Shown here in pieces: positions 1 through 8,597 of a stretch of DNA of 64,000 nucleotides (positions are counted from its first letter, which is position 1; each line of letters opens with the position of its first letter). The stretch lies in contig JAJXAL010000006.1 in NCBI GenBank assembly GCA_021628325.1, forward strand, positions 37 to 64,036. Reading direction: 5' to 3'. The notes under the pieces were generated by a model. That model saw nothing but the letters and a program-made list of their open reading frames with translations, was not told where the DNA came from and searched no databases. A program made the position numbers and the translations under genes. This stretch comes from Segatella copri (GTDB taxonomy: Bacteria > Bacteroidota > Bacteroidia > Bacteroidales > Bacteroidaceae).

Positions 1-2
1 GT

Positions 3-428
3 TTAGTTTACACTCTCGACTCTGATAGCACTAAAATTGAAGTTTCCTGTCTTCTTCAAGTATTCAAGCACAACGGGAAAACTCACCCGAGATAAATATC
101 TTTTATCTTTTATCAACTCCGCACATTTAATAAATTCTTCTAACTGATCAACATTGCCTACCAAATCATATAGCAAAGGTGAATGCTGGTCGTATGTAGT
201 GTGACAAATGATATAACCATTCCGGCTATAAACATTATTCCCCCACCAATGAGCATCACAAATTCTAGTATCCCAAAAATAGTATCCGCTACCTAACCAC
301 GGCTGTTTACTACCCCTCTTCAGGATACCATTAGGATATGCAACAGAACAAAAATAGGGACCATGCTGCTCCACTTCCTCATAGTTCTGCCTATCCTCGA
401 GCGTCTGGTATATTTCCGTGGGCTTCAT
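3..428 (-). CDS. Putative ADP-ribosyltransferase-like toxin (CmdT-like), 3' end outside window
   Basis: WLGSGYYFWD..DAHWW motif resembling ART-fold proteins; follows a SecB-like gene; ORF open at window edge. Confidence 0.5.
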   Translation of the reverse strand: MKPTEIYQTLEDRQNYEEVEQHGPYFCSVAYPNGILKRGSKQPWLGSGYYFWDTRICDAHWWGNNVYSRNGYIICHTTYDQHSPLLYDLVGNVDQLEEFIKCAELIKDKRYLSRVSFPVVLEYLKKTGNFNFSAIRVESVN

Positions 429-433
429 ATCAT

Positions 434-847
434 TTATTCTACTATAGTTGTTTTCTCCTTCAAACTCTCAGTAAGCCCCATAAGATTAACGGTAGGCAAG
501 ACTATAGGTCTTACATTAGCTTGCAGAGAAAGCGTACTGATGAATGCTCTGATATACGGAAATATGATAGCAAGACTGTTTGGGTAGAAGTATTCCGGTA
601 TTTCAGAAATCTTAATACGATCCTCAAAAGAAAACAAAGCTACACACGAAACAAAGATTACCTCTGTACTTGTTTCCTTACATTCCACCTTAACATCAAA
701 ATCCAATTCATAGGTTGCCTCCTTCTGATTATACATACCTCTAGGGTTGAACACGATATTCAACTCCGCTTTACCAGGTATATTAAAATCTAATGATGCC
801 TTTGTAAAGTGATATTCTTCTAATTTAAAAGCTGGTTTATTCATCAT
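434..847 (-). CDS. SecB-like chaperone
   Basis: 137 aa; C-terminal NSLAIIFPYIRAFISTLS..ANVRPIVLPTVNL is the SecB-family signature. Confidence 0.85.
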   Translation of the reverse strand: MMNKPAFKLEEYHFTKASLDFNIPGKAELNIVFNPRGMYNQKEATYELDFDVKVECKETSTEVIFVSCVALFSFEDRIKISEIPEYFYPNSLAIIFPYIRAFISTLSLQANVRPIVLPTVNLMGLTESLKEKTTIVE

Positions 848-850
848 GTT

Positions 851-1114
851 TTATGCTGCAAAAAAATACAGAGCGTCTGCCTCTATCCTCTCTACATCGG
901 AATCTACAGACACGTCAAACTTATGCGTATCCATTTTCTTTTCAGAATCAGAATACACAACATCTACACCAAATAGTTCCTTCACATATCTGGCATACTC
1001 AATGACATCGGGACCAATCTCATTGAGATTCTCTATCTCTTTCCAATCATTGTCGAGAACGTCCTTTGGGGTATTCTCGAAATAATCTTTAAGACTTTCA
1101 AAAAGATTTCCCAT
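851..1114 (-). CDS. Small acidic protein, candidate antitoxin
   Basis: 87 aa, first gene of a tightly packed operon (3 and 5 nt gaps); ends ADALYFFAA. Confidence 0.55.
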   Translation of the reverse strand: MGNLFESLKDYFENTPKDVLDNDWKEIENLNEIGPDVIEYARYVKELFGVDVVYSDSEKKMDTHKFDVSVDSDVERIEADALYFFAA

Positions 1115-1161
1115 ATTCTTCCTTAGTTTATCATTTTGTTATATTTATATTATCTTCGCTG

Positions 1162-1169
1162 CAAAGATA
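1162..1169 (-). promoter_or_regulatory. Bacteroidetes -7 promoter box (TATCTTTG) for the 1114-3 operon
   Basis: Plus strand CAAAGATA about 50 nt upstream of the start at 1114. Confidence 0.6.
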
Positions 1170-1256
1170 GTGTTTTTCTGCGATATATCATCTTTTTTAT
1201 CTTATTAGTTACTTACTTATACCAATTTTTAACACAAAATATCATAGAAAAGTCAT

Positions 1257-1311
1257 AAACTAGTTAAAAACTAGTATAAAACTAGTATAAAACTCGTATA
1301 GAACTCGTTTA
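1257..1311. repeat. Five tandem 11-bp repeats (AAACTAGTATA-like)
   Basis: aaactagttaa/aaactagtata/aaactagtata/aaactcgtata/gaactcgttta read directly. Confidence 0.8.
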
Positions 1312-1427
1312 ATCACTTCATATTCCTATAAGCCACAGATGATAGCGGCAACTACATGTCTGGATTAGAGGAGTGGAACTTCTTGTTTTATAATAAAGCG
1401 AAAGGTGAGAAAATTTAGGGATTTTCT

Positions 1428-1643
1428 GCAACAGTTATCGCTTAACTGTTGCGGTGCAAAGGTAGAAATTTTTATTTGATTTCTATTGATTTTTTCAGAT
1501 TTTAACTCTTTTTTCATCTACTTTCCTGACCTTGCAATTCAAATATCATCCTATTTATAACTTCTTGGCTGAGCAAACACGATGTAAAGGACATTTTTCC
1601 GTCTTTTTTGTGTTAAATGCAACAGTTAAGCGATAACTGTTTC
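1428..1643. promoter_or_regulatory. Invertible promoter segment, OFF for the 1711 pilin as assembled
   Basis: 25-bp inverted repeats 1428-1452 and 1619-1643 (24/25 match); minus-strand TACCTTTG at 1457-1464. Confidence 0.85.
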
Positions 1644-1710
1644 GCTAGAAATAAAAGCCAAATCTTAATAAGATACAGGTATTTAACTCAAAAATTAAAC
1701 GTTTAAATTT

Positions 1711-3741
1711 ATGGTATTAAAATTTTCGATGAAGACAATTGTAAAGGTGAAGCTATTGCTCGCCACAATTATGACTTTAACTGCACTCAGCGCCTGCACA
1801 GATGAGGATAATGCTGCGGGCAAGGGGAGCCGGGTGATGACTTTCAGTGTGAATACACCAGGTCAGAATGGATGGAACGGCATCAGTGGTTCAAGAAGCG
1901 GGTCAACTCAGTCACAGCAGATGGGTGAAACCGTGGAAATGGAGGGAAAAATCAACGGAAATTCTGTTTATCTCAGCAGCGAGGTAACTGAAGGTTTTCC
2001 GGGCGATACTCCTGCAATCACCCGTGGTACACAGATTTCTGATGCCAATAACATGAGTGCATTCGGAGTTACAGCATTCATGGACAGCCAGAAATATATG
2101 GATCATGAAAAGCTCACAAAACAAGCTGATGCTTGGAAGCCGCAAAAGAATTATTTCTGGCTCGGCGAAAAGACGCTCGACTTCTATGCCTGGTATCCGT
2201 ACAACTCAGCAGAAGGCACCAATGGCATCCCTGCCGGCATGACATTAAACCAGGAAAATTTCTCTTCTATTTCATATACTGTACCTCAGGAAGTATCTCA
2301 GCAGGAAGACCTGATGTTTGCAGTCAATAAGAATGCATCAGAACCGGCAGATGGCAAAGCAACATCCTTGGATTTCAAGCATTCGCTTGCTGCCGTGAAG
2401 TTCGTGGTGGGCAATCTGCCTGCCGGCTCCAAGGTAACCTCTGTTGCCTTGAAGGGCGTGAAATATAAAGGTGATTTAGCTGTAACTGCCGGTAATAACG
2501 GTGCGGCTCAGTTAGTCTGGTCGAATTTAGCAAACGAGACAAGAGACTTCACTCAGGTAACCGATAAAGAAGTGAAGGAAAATGATACGAATCCTGCTAT
2601 TACACAGGCAGACCAGACCTTCTTCATGATGCCGCAGACGCTCCCTGATGATGCTAAAGTAGAGGTAATTGTGGAAAAATCGGGTGCGAAAGTTACGCTG
2701 ACTGGTGCCCTGCAAGATGCAACGGCAGCTGTGGGAGCAAAAAACAAATGGGAGGCAGGTAATACCTATATCTATACCATCAATTCTTTTGGAATACAAG
2801 CGGAAGTAACATTCTTCGATGGTGTCAAAGGTCTTAATGGACAACCATACACTTCGCATAATATCAGTGCCAACGGTGATCCGTTCAAATTGACTCTGAA
2901 GTATCCTAATACAGTTGAAAAGATAACTGCTCGTATTGCTTATGAAAATAAAGAGACATCAGCAGATGGTTCAACTACATACAATTATGAGGAAATTAAG
3001 CAGTACGAGAATCTGATAGGCAAGAATGAACATAGCTTTACTTCTCCTTGTATGAATAATACGGATGATGAAACGCATGCTAAAGAAAAAGAAACTCCAT
3101 TTGTGGTACAGATCAAGATTAAAGCGAGCACACCTCTCAGAATGCCGACGGATCCTGATAGACCAGGTGAATATAAATATCATCCGGTGTCTGATGACGA
3201 AACATGGTTCACCATTTGGCGAGGTACGATGTTTCCGCCTAATTATGTTTTAAAGTATGCATATTGCTCTGTTTATGTGAGCAGGAAAAACATGACGTAT
3301 AATGGACAAGCAACTGCATCTGTATATAATATGCGAACATCTTCTCAACAATATTTTGAGGTTGACGAGAATCACCCGAAGTTAGGAAAAGGTAAGTTCG
3401 ATTTCAGTTGTATAACCGGTATATTCAACTATAATACTGATACCTTCCAAGGAGTTTCTTGGGCGATAGCTTGCTGGATGAGAGACAACCAGGCTCCTAG
3501 TAACAAAGCTATTTATGGTGAGAAATTCATAAGAAATCATTATTGGTCTTATGGTAGTAATGGTGGAGGTAACTATTGGATATTCAATTATCAAATGGTC
3601 ATCTCTTCGCCGGTAAATTGGTATACTGCGGAACATTCTTATGCGGGATATGGTCAAAATCAGGTTACTTATAGCCAAATGTGCTCACTAACGGGTACCC
3701 ATACTGGTATTTGTGCCCGAGGATTTGCTCCATACTGGTAG
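1711..3741 (+). CDS. Fimbrillin-family (type V pilus) lipoprotein, probable tip pilin
   Basis: Lipobox LSAC, ITRG processing site, FYAWYPY / QEDLMFA / FKHSLAAVKF / FMMPQ motifs, divergent C-terminal domain. Confidence 0.85.
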   Translation: MVLKFSMKTIVKVKLLLATIMTLTALSACTDEDNAAGKGSRVMTFSVNTPGQNGWNGISGSRSGSTQSQQMGETVEMEGKINGNSVYLSSEVTEGFPGDTPAITRGTQISDANNMSAFGVTAFMDSQKYMDHEKLTKQADAWKPQKNYFWLGEKTLDFYAWYPYNSAEGTNGIPAGMTLNQENFSSISYTVPQEVSQQEDLMFAVNKNASEPADGKATSLDFKHSLAAVKFVVGNLPAGSKVTSVALKGVKYKGDLAVTAGNNGAAQLVWSNLANETRDFTQVTDKEVKENDTNPAITQADQTFFMMPQTLPDDAKVEVIVEKSGAKVTLTGALQDATAAVGAKNKWEAGNTYIYTINSFGIQAEVTFFDGVKGLNGQPYTSHNISANGDPFKLTLKYPNTVEKITARIAYENKETSADGSTTYNYEEIKQYENLIGKNEHSFTSPCMNNTDDETHAKEKETPFVVQIKIKASTPLRMPTDPDRPGEYKYHPVSDDETWFTIWRGTMFPPNYVLKYAYCSVYVSRKNMTYNGQATASVYNMRTSSQQYFEVDENHPKLGKGKFDFSCITGIFNYNTDTFQGVSWAIACWMRDNQAPSNKAIYGEKFIRNHYWSYGSNGGGNYWIFNYQMVISSPVNWYTAEHSYAGYGQNQVTYSQMCSLTGTHTGICARGFAPYW

Positions 3742-3816
3742 ACCTCCAGTAGCACCGGATATGCCTGTTCTCCGTAGGGATGCCTTGCGGAGAACACCCC
3801 TTATTTCATAAGCAAA

Positions 3817-3853
3817 TTCCCCCATCCTGCTTTTGAAGGCAGGATGGGGGAAT
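3817..3853. terminator. GC-rich hairpin between convergent genes
   Basis: TTCCCCCATCCTGC...GCAGGATGGGGGAA; near-identical copy at 9577-9612. Confidence 0.7.
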
Positions 3854-3856
3854 TTC

Positions 3857-4726
3857 TTATCTGTTATTTCTGAGATAATATTTTAATTTTTCTATCTGTT
3901 CCTGGGTAAGACCGGAATACTTCATAATCAGATTGATGTCAACACCATCAGTCAGCATATTCTTAGCAATTTCCAAGGCTTTCTCATTCTTACCTTCTTG
4001 CTTCGCCGTATCAATGGAGTTCTTGATATCCCGGTATGCCATCTTGCTGGTCTCGTACTCCCTCATTTCCTGCGGAGTAAACTTGGCTATTTCGGCTTCT
4101 TCGAAGAGGCGGTCGAAGACTTTGTCGCACAATTCTTTAGGGCGCTGGGTAAGCTTATAGAGGTTCTTCAGTGCATAGAGCCACTTCTCGTAGAGCGTAT
4201 CCAGTTCTTCCAGGGGTTTGTTGAACTTGGAAATCTCTACATAGATATATTCGAGTTTGTCGTAAAATACTTTGTGGGTAGCTGTGTCGCACAACTGCAC
4301 ATGATGGCGGATTTTCTCCTTGTCGAATGCGTCCTCGTTCATGCTGAAGTTGAGCAGGGCTACGGTATAGACATGATTGAGTCTGAAATCCCATTCACTC
4401 CCCTTTGGTGCCTGTTCACGGATAGGGAAGGTTGAGTAGAAAAGGGCGCGATCCTTGAAATACGTCTGGTACGCATTCTGCATTTCTACGATGAACTTCT
4501 CGCCGTTTTCGCCCTCGCAATATACATCGAAGATGGCTCTGCGGTCGGTATAGACATCTCCCACATGCTCCGGGTTCAGATACGACACGTCCTTCACAAC
4601 CTGTTTACCATTAAACAAGCTGTTGAGGAAGCAAATGAGTAATTCCTTATTCATTGCTGTTCCGAATATTCGCTTGAAACCGAAGTCGGTCAGCAAGCTG
4701 ATATATCTTTCTTCTACCTGTTTCAT
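3857..4726 (-). CDS. Rpn-family / PD-(D/E)XK nuclease (transposase_31-like)
   Basis: TDFGFKRIFG, AIFDVYCE, FIVEMQ, DRALFY motifs; IAKNML..G C-terminal tail; start placed at MKQVEE. Confidence 0.9.
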   Translation of the reverse strand: MKQVEERYISLLTDFGFKRIFGTAMNKELLICFLNSLFNGKQVVKDVSYLNPEHVGDVYTDRRAIFDVYCEGENGEKFIVEMQNAYQTYFKDRALFYSTFPIREQAPKGSEWDFRLNHVYTVALLNFSMNEDAFDKEKIRHHVQLCDTATHKVFYDKLEYIYVEISKFNKPLEELDTLYEKWLYALKNLYKLTQRPKELCDKVFDRLFEEAEIAKFTPQEMREYETSKMAYRDIKNSIDTAKQEGKNEKALEIAKNMLTDGVDINLIMKYSGLTQEQIEKLKYYLRNNR

Positions 4727-4743
4727 ACGCATTATGTTTTTAT

Positions 4744-4824
4744 TCTTCTGCAAAGATTATGCCAGCGAGCGCAATGAAAGCTTGCTTTCTGATTGCCGAG
4801 CGCCGCACAATCTTCTGCAAAGAT
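4744..4824. repeat. Short palindromic element bounded by 14-bp direct repeats TCTTCTGCAAAGAT
   Basis: Repeats at 4744-4757 and 4811-4824; internal GCAAT-GAAAGC..GCTTTC-ATTGC dyad. Confidence 0.65.
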
Positions 4825-4900
4825 ACGCTGAATATTTGTAACTTCCAAATTTTTAGGGCTGTTTTTTTCATTGAGGAGTGGAAAGTCTTTTTACTTATCC

Positions 4901-5114
4901 CTTCACCTCCCTTCACCACCCTTCACCCTTAACTCACTGACCCACAAAATATTAAACAAAAAGGTGAAGGGTGAAGGGTTGAAAACTCTTTTATATATAT
5001 ACGCGTGAAGGGTAAGGGTAAAAACCGAAAAAAAGACCCTAGGGTCAAAAATCGCAAAATCCATAAAATAAAGAATATAATATAGAGTTTAAAATATACC
5101 CTTCACCCTTCACC
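4901..5114. repeat. CTTCACC iteron-like cluster in both orientations (candidate origin)
   Basis: CTTCACC at 4901, 4911, 4921, 5101, 5108; GGTGAAG at 4963, 4970; AT-rich core. Confidence 0.7.
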
Positions 5115-5301
5115 TCGTCATTTTTCAACTTTTTCTTCCGACAGGCAATACAAAACCAAACATCATCTTCATCTTCAAAATACCCCCCAAAAAGGGCGCC
5201 GATTTGCTGCGTTAAAAAGTTTAACCTAGGTTATAGTTTGTAAAAAGTGAGCGTTATGACGCTCACCCACTCTATTCACAAATTTGTAGTAATTTCGCAG
5301 C

Positions 5302-5742
5302 ATGAATCAAAAGATCAAAGAAACATTAGACATGGGCAGTTTTTTAAAAGAACTGGCAGAAGAAGCTGATACAAAACTCGGCTTCGCCAAAGAGTTAGGT
5401 ATGAACCAACCCAAAGTGAGAAATAACAGGGGCGGCAGGAATACCATCAGCATGGATACCAAAAAGGGAACCTTCACTCCCGAAAAACTCCTTGCCATGG
5501 AAGAGGCTATCAAAACCTACCTGAGACTGGAAGACAAAATGAACAGACATCAGGAAGGATACCAATCCAAACTGAAAATCTACAAGGAAAAAGTAGACAG
5601 GTGGGAGGAAGAGAAAGGAGAAGATTATTGGGAGGAAAGAAAAAGAAAATGGGCACTGTTCAGACAAAAACTTCCATACAATACTGTTTCCAGAAAATCA
5701 GCTATGATTTATAAGAAATTCATCAAACTGACAACCCTTTAA
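5302..5742 (+). CDS. Hypothetical protein
   Basis: 146-aa ORF 11 nt upstream of the VirE-like gene. Confidence 0.65.
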   Translation: MNQKIKETLDMGSFLKELAEEADTKLGFAKELGMNQPKVRNNRGGRNTISMDTKKGTFTPEKLLAMEEAIKTYLRLEDKMNRHQEGYQSKLKIYKEKVDRWEEEKGEDYWEERKRKWALFRQKLPYNTVSRKSAMIYKKFIKLTTL

Positions 5743-5753
5743 ATTTTAAAAAT

Positions 5754-8069
5754 ATGGGAAAAAAGAAAACAACAGAAGCAATCAACAGTGAACAGGAAAC
5801 CATGGAGGAGAAAGAGGCCTTGCCCTCATTTTTCACTAACCTGTTTTCCTCTGCCAGCAACCCGCTCCCTAACAGAGCGGTGCTGGAGTACAACATCATG
5901 CATTCGGCACCGGTAAAAGCCAATACCGAAGGCTACAGGGCGATGATGAAGGTGGACAAGAGAACGGCAGAGGACATCAAGCACCGGCTGCCCTGCATCA
6001 CACCCAGCGTGCAGCTCAAAGGTAATGCCAAGAAGCTGACCGACTTCAGGAAGGAAACCTTCTGGCTGATGCTCGATTATGATGACGTGCCCCCCGAAGA
6101 CATCGCAGATCTTAAGAAAAAAGCCCTGAAACAGCCCTTCACCATGGTCTTCTACATCACCGTCTCGGGCAAGGGATTCCGCATCCTGCTCAGATATATG
6201 CGGCCTGAAGGATGCAATCTCACTGCCACCGAACTCCACCTGCTCGCCATCAGGAAAGCCATGAGCATGTACGACAAACTGCTGGGTATCAGCAGCGACA
6301 AACAATGCCAGGACATGGTGAGAAGCTGCGGACTGGCTTACGACCCCGAGGCTTACTTCAACTGGAATGCCGAAGTTCTACCCATCACCCGGGAGGAGGT
6401 GGAGAACTTCGAAAAAGCCACAAAGCAACAGGAGGAACAGAACAGGAAAAGGCAGACGGAGGCTGAAAAATCCAGAAAGAAAAGCCCTCGCAAACAGGAA
6501 GACGAGGCGCCACCCAAGACGCTCACCACCGAAGAGATTCTGCAGTATGTAGACAAACTGGCGGAGAGCTGGGAGGAGCGGTTTGAGGAGCATCATCACA
6601 ACAGCTACGTAGTAAGATACGCCACATTCTGCCTCTGTTTCGGAGCCGAAAAGGAGGAGGCTGTGAAACATATGGCAGATAAGTTTGGCGGCGAATATGC
6701 CGATACCGAGCGGGTGGCACGGGAGATTTACAAGCATACCGAGCGGCTGGGAACCTGGAAGATAAGACAGCAGGGAGATGATGAGCAGAAACGCTATACC
6801 AGCATGAGAGCACTGCTGGGATGGCTGGGAGCCCGATATGAAATGCACCACAACACGCTGAGCAACCAGTATGAAGTGCGCGCCATCAACACCGGAGAGA
6901 AGCTCTATCTCGACTGGACCGAAGTGGATACCCGGGTGAGCAATTCCCTGTTCGTGAAGATGGAACTGGATAACATCTGCACCACCCAGAAAAAGCTGGA
7001 TACGGTAATCAGAAGTAACTTCAGTCCCGAATTCAACCCCATGGAGGAATATCTGAAGAGTCTGCCGAAATGGGACCGAAAAACTGACTATATCGCAGAA
7101 TTGGCCCATCGGGTAACCGTGATGCAGACAGGCGGTTACCGCCATACGGAGGAGGATTTTGCCTATGCCTTCAGGAAATGGCTGGTCAACATGGTGGTTT
7201 GCTGGGTTCGGCCCGATGTCACCAACCAGTCTATCATGGTTTTCGTAGGCAAGGGCGGCATCTTCAAGACCACGTTTTTCGACCATCTTCTGCCGCCCCA
7301 TCTGCGCAAGTATTTCGCCAACGATTCTACGGGCGACTACAAGAACAAGGATTTCCTGCAGATGTGTGCCAGCAAGGCGATAGTGTGTCTCGATGAGTTC
7401 AGCTGTCTGCGCGGCAAGAACCTGGATTCCTTCAAGAGCAACATCACGAAGCGCAACATCAGCATGCGAATCCCTTATGCCGAGTGGGACTGCATCCTGC
7501 AGAACAATGCGGGGTTCTGTGCCACGAGCAATGAGGTTCATATCATCGATGATGACGAGAACCGCCGTTTCCTCATCTGGCGCATCGAGAAGATCAAGAG
7601 TCCCATCGACTTCCCCTTCAATTACGAGGGCATCTACTCCCAGGCTGTGGCACTGGCTCAGGAGGTGATAGAGAAGCGCCGCAGGGGTGAGCCCTGCGAC
7701 TGGGTTTACTGGTTTACGAAGGAGGAGAACGAGGAGATTCAGCGCCACAATCTTTATTTCCGTGTAAACAACTACATAGCCGAGCGCATCAACAAGTTCT
7801 ACCGTGTTCCTGATGCCGATACGCCGCCCGAGTTCTGCAAGTTTGTTACGGCGAGTGATGTGATGGAGCGCATCTGCACGAACCCCGCCTTCCGCCAGTC
7901 GATGTCGAACAAGGACATTTCGATGTTCATGGAGGCGCTGGGGTTCAAGAAGATTCACCGCAAGACGGGCAACGGCTGGAAGGTGATAGAAATGCGTCCT
8001 GACGAGATAGAGAACAACCAGAAGATGGATGGCAGCGAGAATATTCCGCCCGAGGATCTCCCATTTTAG
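5754..8069 (+). CDS. BT4734/VirE N-terminal primase-like + VapE-type P-loop helicase
   Basis: LMLDYD and SGKGFRI primase-like motifs; Walker A GKGGIFKTT, Walker B VCLDE, ENRRFL. Confidence 0.85.
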   Translation: MGKKKTTEAINSEQETMEEKEALPSFFTNLFSSASNPLPNRAVLEYNIMHSAPVKANTEGYRAMMKVDKRTAEDIKHRLPCITPSVQLKGNAKKLTDFRKETFWLMLDYDDVPPEDIADLKKKALKQPFTMVFYITVSGKGFRILLRYMRPEGCNLTATELHLLAIRKAMSMYDKLLGISSDKQCQDMVRSCGLAYDPEAYFNWNAEVLPITREEVENFEKATKQQEEQNRKRQTEAEKSRKKSPRKQEDEAPPKTLTTEEILQYVDKLAESWEERFEEHHHNSYVVRYATFCLCFGAEKEEAVKHMADKFGGEYADTERVAREIYKHTERLGTWKIRQQGDDEQKRYTSMRALLGWLGARYEMHHNTLSNQYEVRAINTGEKLYLDWTEVDTRVSNSLFVKMELDNICTTQKKLDTVIRSNFSPEFNPMEEYLKSLPKWDRKTDYIAELAHRVTVMQTGGYRHTEEDFAYAFRKWLVNMVVCWVRPDVTNQSIMVFVGKGGIFKTTFFDHLLPPHLRKYFANDSTGDYKNKDFLQMCASKAIVCLDEFSCLRGKNLDSFKSNITKRNISMRIPYAEWDCILQNNAGFCATSNEVHIIDDDENRRFLIWRIEKIKSPIDFPFNYEGIYSQAVALAQEVIEKRRRGEPCDWVYWFTKEENEEIQRHNLYFRVNNYIAERINKFYRVPDADTPPEFCKFVTASDVMERICTNPAFRQSMSNKDISMFMEALGFKKIHRKTGNGWKVIEMRPDEIENNQKMDGSENIPPEDLPF

Positions 8070-8079
8070 GAAATTCTGC

Positions 8080-8157
8080 TTCGGAGATATTTTTTTATCT
8101 TTCGGAGATATTTCCGTATCTTTCGGAGGGATTTTCTTATGATTCGGAGAGATTTTA
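8080..8157. repeat. Four 21-bp-period repeats (TTCGGAG core)
   Basis: TTCGGAG at 8080, 8101, 8122, 8143. Confidence 0.8.
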
Positions 8158-8213
8158 TTCTACCAGGCAGAAGAAAGAAGCAACTGACAAAAACAGACTA
8201 AAAAGAACAAATT

Positions 8214-8426
8214 ATGATAGAAGACAGAAGTTACGGGAAGGCAGAGCTCGCCATGCTCTACTTTCCCACCGCTACCCCCAGGGTAGCGCTCAACCGGCTG
8301 GTGAGATGGATCAACCGGTGTCCCGAGCTCAAGCAGAGCCTCTGTTCGGGCTACGCCGGCAAGTTTTCCCACTTCTACACCCGGCAACAAGTAGCAGAAA
8401 TCATCGAATTTCTGGATGAACCATAA
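8214..8426 (+). CDS. DUF4248-family small protein
   Basis: YGKAELAMLYFP..L.RWI..L..GY....YTRQQV..I..FLDEP pattern. Confidence 0.85.
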   Translation: MIEDRSYGKAELAMLYFPTATPRVALNRLVRWINRCPELKQSLCSGYAGKFSHFYTRQQVAEIIEFLDEP

Positions 8427-8597
8427 AAAATACCACTTTTTTCAACCTTTTTTTCCCGAATCCCTGCAAATCGCACAAATCGCATAGTTGGGGGTTCGGG
8501 AATGTTGTATCTTTGTATCGTCAATCAGAGAGGTTGATGCAGCAACGATCTCGGCGGAGACACAGACTGCTTTTACTAAAACTAAATTTTTAAAAGT

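Noticed and set aside
1368..4883. GAGGAGTGGAA direct repeat at about 1368 and 4873 as element ends
   Set aside because: Only 11 bp with no other supporting boundary signal
6378..7958. 526-aa minus-strand ORF
   Set aside because: Antisense shadow of the VirE-like gene with no recognisable motifs
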